Source of the DNA: an uncultured bacterium
GTDB lineage: Bacteria > AUK180
Direction: 5' to 3'
Length of the DNA stretch: 64,000 nt
NCBI GenBank assembly: GCA_937863565.1
Contig: CALMGJ010000013.1
Location: 1 to 64,000 of the forward strand
A program made the translations under genes and the position numbers. Positions within the stretch are counted from its first letter, which is position 1. The number at the start of each line of letters is the position of its first letter. Positions 25,483-34,600 of the stretch are shown piece after piece. The notes beneath the pieces are model-generated. The model did not search any database. It had not been told where the DNA came from and worked only from the letters and a program-made list of their open reading frames with translations.

Positions 25483-28400
25483 TTATTTCAAAGGTATTGC
25501 GATGATCACAGGAAAGTTCTTCACTGTTATCCCTTCATCGTCGGCCGTGTAAACATTCACGATATATGTTCCTATTCTCAGGGGTTTTCCCTCATCGTCC
25601 TTGCCGTCGAACGCTATGCTGCCTGAACCCATATTCGCATCTATCAGAGTTCTTACGACCTTTCCTCTCAGATCGTATATCCTGATCGTTGTTGTGCTTC
25701 CCGGCACGGCATTGAAATTGATATTTGTCGTTTCATCTTCATAAGGGTTGATAATATTGTCCGCAGGACCTTCTCTATCGAACTCGTATCCCGAGAGTAT
25801 CACCATATCTGAAGCATAGCGCGGTTTTAACTCGTACCCTGACGTATACGGAGTCGTTTTGTCATACTGAAGAAGGATCCCCGTCACTTCAACGAGCATT
25901 CCCATTTTAAAGATATTAAGATCGATATCGGTGCTGTCGTAATCGGAACAGTAGACCTCCACTTTCCCGAAGCCGTCTGTGATATAGAAATAACCCGAAT
26001 TGGGGGCGTAGATCTTTATCTTGTCGCATATATATCCACGCATCGTGATAAGAGTTCCCTCTATTTCTTCGAGATCTGTGCCGAATATCTGGGTCTCGGC
26101 AGGTTCCATCACGGCTGTCCCTATTTTCGTCACGTCCCCGTCGCCGCTGACTACTATTTCCGTTGTACCGTTATATGCAGTGATCTGTCCGCTTACGCTG
26201 ATGATATCCCCTACATCATACGAAGTTGCAAGTTCGCTGTAACCGAATATATTCACTCCGTAACCGTCCTGTTCGAAGAAGAATGAACATTTTCCCGTCT
26301 GGAAAATGCCTGTCGGCACATTGACTACGCCGATGATGTCATCCACATTTTGATTATTTAAAAGCGGCATGCCATTGTCGTCATGTGCCCTGATATCTTT
26401 AAGAGTATATGTGAGGGGTGAAGCTGAAGCGCTGTCATCGGCTTTCTTTGAAAGTCCGAAGCAGTTTTCCGCTTCAATATAATAGTAATAAACATTGTCC
26501 TTGGAAACCGCATTATCGGAATATGTATCCCCCATGACCCCGGTCGCAATCGGGCTGTAGCTTGCCGTGTCGTTCACCGAGCGGTAAAGCGTATATTCGA
26601 GCGTATTCTCGGCATCCGAAGCTGCACCCCATGAGATAAGAATGCGGTAATAATCGCCCACGGCAGCGATATCTGACATTCCGCTCGTCGGCCAGTCCGG
26701 AGCAGTCGTGTCGTAATTGCAGTCAGGGATGTTCTTGAAGCCCTTGGAATCGTCCTGACAAATGATATTGGAAGTGAAAACGTTATAACCGTTATGTAGC
26801 CAACCCGCTACATCGTCGTCATCCCTCTGATATGAATTATTCGTAAAGGAACATGCCGCTTCCCAGCCGATCTGGTCGATCCTGACGCCGGTATCGTCAT
26901 ACATGTATATATTGCTGTGCGTCTGTCCGTCGACACTTGTCAGGTTAAAACCAGCCGGGAATGAGGACTGTTCTATCACATAAAATGAATAAGAATTCAC
27001 CGTAGTGGAAGCCGGGATGGCGAGTATGCTGTCGCAGATGATCTTAAAACCGCTGATATCCGCTGCCGAGGCCGAATTGTTGTAGATCTCGATGAAAGCC
27101 GCGCCGGGGTGCGGATTCACTTCATTCACCGTAACCGTATTACCAAGAACGGGAACAGGAGCATCATTCGCCGCACCGGGAGTGGGCGTAAAGTCTACTG
27201 TCCAATCCGAAGAAGCGGTGCCCGTCGCCTGCACTTTAGCCAGTGAATAATCTTTGAGAAGATCGGGTGCACCGCCGGTGTATCCGTAACTGAATGAATA
27301 GATGCCCGCATCGAAAGCATTCTTAAGAGCGATCGTTCCGCTCCCGGCCGTGATATACGTATTGTCCAGTGTATCGGTGAAATCCGTGGAATAGAACACT
27401 TTGTAAGCCCCTGCCTCGATGATCGTTCCTGTTTTGAAAAGGTCATTGTTCACTTTGAACGAACTGATATTGATATCGTATGCCTGATTGTTCCTTATCT
27501 CCAATTCGATAAGTCCCCCGGTCTTCAGGAAGACTTCGGAAAGGGTCAGCGCCGTAAGCGGCACATTGAAAGAACCTTTTGTATTGCCTGAAGAAGCGGC
27601 GATCTTGAAGCCGCATGTAGACCGATTAAAACCATCGTAATAACCGCCGTATCCGTCAGACACTCTGGAGAAGTTCTCCCCGGAAGCGGAAAGCGCTTCC
27701 CATCCTATCTGGTCGTGCCGTCGGCCGTTATTGTCTATCAAGTATATCGTTGAGGTATCGAAACTCGTTTCACCGCTGCCTTCCTGATAAAGGGCGAAAT
27801 CCTTGGTGACCGTGGTCAGGGAATATGCGGCGAGATATGTGCCGGTAGGGAATGTATTGGCGACAGTATCCACGAGTATCCTCCATCCGGATATATTGAT
27901 CGTAGAGGATGTGATATTGAGAAGTTCTATATATGAAGTTGAGTCACCTGATTTCAGGTACGCTTCGTTAATAATGACCCCCTGGCCCAGAAGCGGAACG
28001 CTTCTGTTATTCGCGGAACCGAATGTCGGGGTTTTCTGCCACTCCCAGTCCTTCGCATGATCTCCGGTCGTTCCTACCCTCTCGCAGGAGAAAGGATTAA
28101 GGGTCGCCGAGGTGCGGACACCCGGGTCGGGCGCTCCGCCCGCCGTTCCGTAATATACTTCATCTATGAGATTTGATAACCCGTCATAGAGTTTAATATA
28201 CCCGCCGCCTTCTGCAAGAGAGCCGCCGTATGTGCCGTCCAGCATATCGAAGGAGACCAGAGCACCGGAAGCGAGAGTGCCTAAAGACGTAAGGTCCTGT
28301 ACATATTCCCCGCCGCCATATCCGGCAATCGAGATCGGGAAAGCGATATACCATCCTGCGAAATCGACCGTAGCGCCGGTATTGTTCTTGAGTTCCAATT

Positions 28401-28533
28401 TCCCGTCCACGCCCCCCATAGAAGAACCCCAGAGCACTTCCGTATTGAACTCGTTGATCAGAACATCATGAAAAGTTGCCGAACATATAAGAATCGTTGA
28501 TAGAAAGAAGACCGTAAGAAAATACCGTTTCAC
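25483..28533 (-). CDS. Secreted multi-lamin-tail-domain protein with FN3, OB-fold-like repeats and a FlgD-Ig/T9SS-like C-terminal domain
   Basis: Repeated INE...ELxN...xSGW/F motifs; LKDIR...G.V...G.......Q.G..G and GD.I.V.G.I..YNG.TEI OB-like motifs; YELKPR..SD; C-terminal IRIYDLRGKVVRTL...FDGKD..G..L..GTY. GTG 28533 follows GGAGG. Confidence 0.8.
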   Translation of the reverse strand: MKRYFLTVFFLSTILICSATFHDVLINEFNTEVLWGSSMGGVDGKLELKNNTGATVDFAGWYIAFPISIAGYGGGEYVQDLTSLGTLASGALVSFDMLDGTYGGSLAEGGGYIKLYDGLSNLIDEVYYGTAGGAPDPGVRTSATLNPFSCERVGTTGDHAKDWEWQKTPTFGSANNRSVPLLGQGVIINEAYLKSGDSTSYIELLNITSSTINISGWRILVDTVANTFPTGTYLAAYSLTTVTKDFALYQEGSGETSFDTSTIYLIDNNGRRHDQIGWEALSASGENFSRVSDGYGGYYDGFNRSTCGFKIAASSGNTKGSFNVPLTALTLSEVFLKTGGLIELEIRNNQAYDINISSFKVNNDLFKTGTIIEAGAYKVFYSTDFTDTLDNTYITAGSGTIALKNAFDAGIYSFSYGYTGGAPDLLKDYSLAKVQATGTASSDWTVDFTPTPGAANDAPVPVLGNTVTVNEVNPHPGAAFIEIYNNSASAADISGFKIICDSILAIPASTTVNSYSFYVIEQSSFPAGFNLTSVDGQTHSNIYMYDDTGVRIDQIGWEAACSFTNNSYQRDDDDVAGWLHNGYNVFTSNIICQDDSKGFKNIPDCNYDTTAPDWPTSGMSDIAAVGDYYRILISWGAASDAENTLEYTLYRSVNDTASYSPIATGVMGDTYSDNAVSKDNVYYYYIEAENCFGLSKKADDSASASPLTYTLKDIRAHDDNGMPLLNNQNVDDIIGVVNVPTGIFQTGKCSFFFEQDGYGVNIFGYSELATSYDVGDIISVSGQITAYNGTTEIVVSGDGDVTKIGTAVMEPAETQIFGTDLEEIEGTLITMRGYICDKIKIYAPNSGYFYITDGFGKVEVYCSDYDSTDIDLNIFKMGMLVEVTGILLQYDKTTPYTSGYELKPRYASDMVILSGYEFDREGPADNIINPYEDETTNINFNAVPGSTTTIRIYDLRGKVVRTLIDANMGSGSIAFDGKDDEGKPLRIGTYIVNVYTADDEGITVKNFPVIIAIPLK

Positions 28534-28666
28534 ATCAACCTCCATTAAATAATATTGTATGATATTTTTCCTTTTGATTCAACATTTTTATTCGGCTGAA
28601 TGTGTATAATAAAAGCGTCGCGCATTTTTGCACGATGCCCGGAATATTGCGAAAACCTAGAAACGT

Positions 28667-31600
28667 CTACTTGATCACAGCGAGCTTCTTGAACGTTTCC
28701 TCCCCTGCCGCATCCTTGACAACGATAATGTAAATACCGGAAGCCACACTTTCGAGATCGTCATTCTTCACATCCCATCTTGCCAATCCGCCTTCATATG
28801 CGAGCCCGGAATAATCTGAATGGAGAAGGACTGATTGATCTTCAGTCGACGGAAGGTATTCTAAGGCAAGTCCCGTGCCTTCATTCCAATCGGCTACAAG
28901 TTCGCCGGCGATATTGTATATCGAGATCCTCTCTACAGAATCGGAAAGCCTGTCGATCATTATACCGCCCGAAGCGGATCCCGTACCCGAGTTACCGTCA
29001 GAAGGCCGGTACGGATTGGGAACTATCCTGAACTCGCCGCTTTTAGCCGGAGCTTTCTTCAGCATGAAGATCCCGTAGGTCGAGAAATGATCAGTTTGTA
29101 TCGTTATCGATCCGCCGTTATTAATTGCGCCGCCCGTGATCACTTTCCCGCCGATCTGTTCCCAGGCTCCGTTATTGTAATACCAGATCTTCAGGTTCTC
29201 CTCATCCGCGGTCGAATTTACGCCATTGCCCGAATTATCCACAGCAGCGGTATAATTGATCGTCATCGTAACGGGTTTTTCAAACGTGATGCCGCCGCCG
29301 TCGGCATAGAATTCCCTTACTTCTCCCATCGAGATAAGATTGCTGCCGTTGGAATCCGAAGGCGGATCGGTGATAGGTGCATTTATCGTGATCTCCACAT
29401 CAGACGCCAGCGCGCCCTCCGGTACATCAACATATGTGCCGGAATTATCATGGAGGATGCCGCCAATGCCTGAAACCGATCCTCCAACCTGAACAGAAAG
29501 GAGTGACAGCGCATATGTGTCCGAAGAAATGCCGTGCGTCATAGAAACATACGACATTTTATCCCCGCCCGAGGGGGCGAGTACGGCAAAAGCCTCATTG
29601 AACGGATTATTTGCGATGAGCGCAGCAGGAGTATTAGTGAATGTACCCGTTACATTCCTCATAAAGATATCAAAATTGGTATCTGCAAGTACAATGTCCG
29701 GCGCGGATACCCATAGAAGCGCATTATCGAAGCGGGATGCGGCATCCTCTATATAAGAGATCACATCTCCGTTTATCGTCCATGAAGGGCACCAGGACGG
29801 AAGGTTCGTACCGGTCACTGCGACAAGGTCGGATGATGACCACGAAACGACCGGGGTTCCCGAGGCGAGAACGGCCTGCACATCGGCAAGGATATAGATA
29901 TCGCTTCTGTTCGATGCCGGATAATCACGGACAAAGGTTATTTTTGTTCCGTCCGGAGACCATTTGGGCTGGAGGAGTTTATCCCGGAGCGACGTACTTT
30001 CGTTCGTATCCGTATAAAGGGAGAAATCTGTCAAAGCCTTCGTCCCTTTGTCCGGCGCGGTGCTGTACGGATCGAAGACCCACAGATCGCCGTCTATGGA
30101 TACCGCAATGGAGTCACCTCTATCTGGCGTTCCCGGATTGAAATCGTACCAGTCCGGATCGAGCCAGTTGCCCCAATCGGTCGTCGAGACGGGGGAGATC
30201 CTCGTCCGTCCCGGTCTGGAACCGTCGGAAGGCTCCGTAAAGATGTGTGACCTTCCGAAGCCGTCAATGGCAGCAAAAGCAATGAGCGTACTGTCGGGAG
30301 ACCACGTGAACTGTGAAAGATAAGTAACAAGGTCGGCGTTCAGCGTCACTGAAACGGGCACGGCCGAAGTGTCCGTTCCCGAGATCACGTAGATATTGGA
30401 TTCCGTTGAAGACGTACCCTTCATAAAAGCGATCCTGGGAGTTACCTCTTTGGACCATACCGAATACAGCAACCAATCTCCCGCTCCGTTGAATGTCGCA
30501 TTGGAATAATCGCCTTTGGCGTAGACAGCGAGGTCCACTTTGGATTTCACGGGAAGAGTGAAATAGTAGTCCTGAGGGTTAGGCGATATGAGGTTGCCGC
30601 CGCCTAAAGCTTCATAATTATCCCTTTGCGAATATATCCTTATGAAAAAAGGCGCTCCGGGCGTCAGCCGTGACGCGGTAAAATCAAGTTTATCCGTTCT
30701 TTCATCGGAAAGAAGAGTTGCCCTGTTCGGATAATTGTTCAGTGCACCGTTCAAGCGGAAAAGTGTCAGCGTCTCGGCTGCCGTTTCATACATATCCTCG
30801 TTCCATTTGATGTATATCTCGGCCGTATTTCCGGTGGAATCCCACTGTATCCAGTAATCCTCGACCCGGGGCCTTACATAATCGCCGGGTTTTGCCGTGG
30901 CCGTATCGGATTTCACGCTCGAGACGGACCTGGAGTCGACGGCCTCTACGGCATAATAATAAGGGACATTGTATTCCAGCGCGCTGTCCGTATCGTAGTA
31001 TGTCGTATAAGGATGGAGCGATTTCAATAAAGTCCAGTCACCGGACCCTCCTCCGCCGCCGTCAGGCGGGCACGTTATGGAGAAATCGTCTATGTGCATC
31101 CTTTCGGCATATGTCGTCGTTACTCTTACTTTGATATTATCGCTCGTATTATTCAAAGCGTATGACCATTGCTGGTATGTCGTGTTCGCGCATGCGACCG
31201 TTGCGATATCTACGTATGCCCCGCCATCCACGCTGTAGGATACTGTAAAATTGAATGATGGATTACCGTCCCAGCTTCTGTACCAGAACGATATCGTCCC
31301 TACCCCTCCGTCCTTGCCGTTGCCGTCGGCGCCTATATATTCCAGGCTCGGCTGAGGCGTTGCGTTCCTCAGTCTGACATCGCTCGGTGAAGAATACGGA
31401 TAGGTAGTATCCCTCAATCCATTCGTTATCTGGAAGCCGTTATACGTGTAATCGCCGTATGCTGTCGCACCCGTCCAGCCATCGAAGTTCTCGAACACTT
31501 CCGTGCAGTCCCCTCCTCCCCCTCCTCCGTCAGAAGGATTGGAGGAAGTAGATCTGTAGATATTGTATCCCTTTACGGTAAGGCCGTGCTCTTCCCCGTC

Positions 31601-34600
31601 CCCATAATGCGAAGGCGCCGTCCAGTTAAGGTATATGCTCTTATCAAGTCCGGTGTTCGAAGCGAGCAAAGCCGTCGGGGAATCGGGCAGAGTGTCCGTG
31701 TCGAAAGTGCTTGCCGCCGGGCTTCCCGTCTGATTGTAAAGAGCGTTTCCCCAGATGTACTTGTAGTTCTGGAAGAAGATATTGGCAAGGTTCGCGTCGT
31801 GGATGACGACCATGTTCTCGTCATTCTGATTATGTGTGCCGTCTGTCCATTCAGTGGAGGATGAATCCGCTGCGGCGGACCAGTTCGGGGAACCCGTGAT
31901 CACGGTGGGATCGGAAGCGGGATATTCGGGATCGATGACCATGTATTTATTGTGGCAATAGTAGGTCCCTCCGCCGTTATCCACGGCCACGTTCATACCG
32001 TAGTTCTGGCAATCGTAATACCTCCCTGTCGTCCAGCTGCTCGAGGAGAACACTCCCTCGATATACACTCCCCTGTCATATGCATCCTGCAAGTGATACA
32101 TTGTTGTGTAATCGGTAAACGACGAGATCGCCAGATATATGGTATGATCGGCATTTGCGATCTGATCGCCGATGATATCCGACATGTCGTTAAAGCCCAG
32201 CATATAGGCCTCGATATTGTTCTCCCCTCCGCCGATCGAATGATAGTTCACTCCTCCCGGTGCGGGGTCGTAATACGGGCTTTGTAGAGCGCCCATATAG
32301 AGGTTCGGCGATTTACACCAGCCGTCCCCCGAATACCCGAGGTCCCACATAAGATGATGCTGATTATAATACTGCTTTGCGATGTCGGGATGCCTGAAGT
32401 ATATCTGATTCTGCATCTGCTGCGCGGTGCCGGTCGAGGACCAGTTCCAGGAACCCGTGCAGACAAGGTCGCCGACCGTTGAGGAACCGTAGTATCCCAC
32501 GTCAAGAACATAGAACTTGTTGTGGGATGCGCAGAAATCTCCCCCCATGTTCGAGGAGCCGTCGCAACCGTTGCTGTAATCGTTCCTGCAGTTGTTCACG
32601 CCGAAATTCGACCTTATACCCCAGCTCGTATTGCCGGAGGTCCCTCCCTCATGCCATAGGCGCTTCACGCTCCCGGCAAAGCCGGAAACGGCATTATCGA
32701 TGGTCGTTCCCGCCGTTTGGTCCACATAGGCCGTGGCATAGAGATTATACCGGCCCTGCGTTATCAGATATGCAAGTACATCATCAAGGTTGGAATCGCA
32801 GAAATGCTTTCCTGCCGAATAGATGCCGGACATATCCCCGGTCCCCGTCCAGGCCCCGCCATAGGCCTTGAGCCAGGCCGTCCGCCCGTAACTCGCATCA
32901 AGAGGTTCCGTGAAATACGCATGGAACCACGGTATTGCCGTCATGCCGACAGTCACCGGCGATCCCGTACATGCCGTATAATCAGGATTCAATTCAGTTT
33001 TCGTTTGGACAATAAAACCGTTCTCGGCAACATTGTCTGATGATATGAGATCGTAGAAGATGAATGCCACCGTTTCTCCGGGAGCGAGCGTATTGGACAG
33101 ATCGACATATGTCTGGTTAAAATCGCAGTAAATATCCCAATCCTCGTACTCGGGGAGTTTTTTTACGGATACCGTGGAGTTCGAGATGCCGGACCATCCG
33201 GAAGGCAGATAGACCCTTATCCCGGTAAGAGCATCCTTGAGCGAGGCCACATCGATCGAAATATAATTACCGATAGAATCGGCCAAGATGGGGTTCGCCG
33301 GCCCGTCGCCCGAACCTCTTGCGGTATAAAGGGATGCTTCACCGCCTGCCGAATATATCGTAAGCAAGGCCCGAGGGAATTTTATGATCGAGTATGAGTC
33401 GAAATTCGGCGGATTGACGCCGTCCGTCGGCGAATTGCCGTCGGTATATATCTTGAATTCGTATTCGCCGGAAGCGGGAGCCGTTGCAAGCTCAAAGGTG
33501 ATATTAATGTCGGCATTGGAGGAAGTAAGGACGGGAGTTCCGTCGATCTTGTAGAATATCACCCTGTTGTCACGCGTGGCCTGAGCGCAGCCGGCGTCAT
33601 TCTCGAACATCGTGGCCAAAAGTTTTCCCCCATTGGCCGCGATCCACGCAGGAGGCACCTCGATCTGGATCTCGCTGATATCCGAGGCTTCTTTCGTAAT
33701 GAGGAAAGTGAACTCGTTCCCTTCGGTGTTCTCGATGATATAATTCGAACTTTTAGTGAAAGTGGTCAGAACGCCTGTGCCGTACGGGCCGCACTTGATA
33801 GGAACGGTATTGGAGAAAAGCGAAGAAAGATCCCCGTCGTCAACTGTCTTCAGAGCATAATAATACAGCGTGCCGATGCCGATCCCGGACAATGAAGCCG
33901 TATCGCCCGATGTCGTACCGATAAGGACCGCTCCGGACATATCAGAGTTCACGCTCTGATAGATATCGTAATGGTCCGGAATATTGCAGCCGGTCGGCGC
34001 TGCCGTGAACGCGAGGTAGATGCTGCCCGAGCTTCCCACATCGTACCCCGAAAGAGCGGACGCTGCGGAAGGGATCGTTCCGTTCGTTCCCGAAGCACAT
34101 CCCGGAGATGCCGGGTCGGAGATCGCAAAATCGGAAGAAGGATCGTCGGTATCCACCCATACGGGAGATCTCACAAGGGTCTGCCCCGATGCGGTGACGC
34201 CCGGGTGAGGGATGTGGCCGTGCATCGCGTTCTGGCCGTAATTCATGAAGTCCACTATCCTGTCGCTCCCGTCAAGGATCAGCACTTCGTCTCCGAAATC
34301 GGCCGAATTGCCCAAAGAGACGAAATTGTAACCTTGAACGGTCCATGTATTGTATTGGATCATATTGGGAACGGCGGGATCATCCTCGCCGTGCACTTGG
34401 GAAGCATCGGACCAGCAGAACTCGTAATTCGGTTTGAAGCCGTAAAGGTCCTCGAAATGGTAGGAATAATTGGCGATCACCTGAGTCTGTCCCGCTGCGA
34501 TCGTTGCGCCGACGGGGAACTGGTACATTCCTTCCTTGTAGGAAGTGTCCATCTTCCTTTCTTCATCCCCTATCTTGTAATTCGTAAGCGTTATGGAAGA

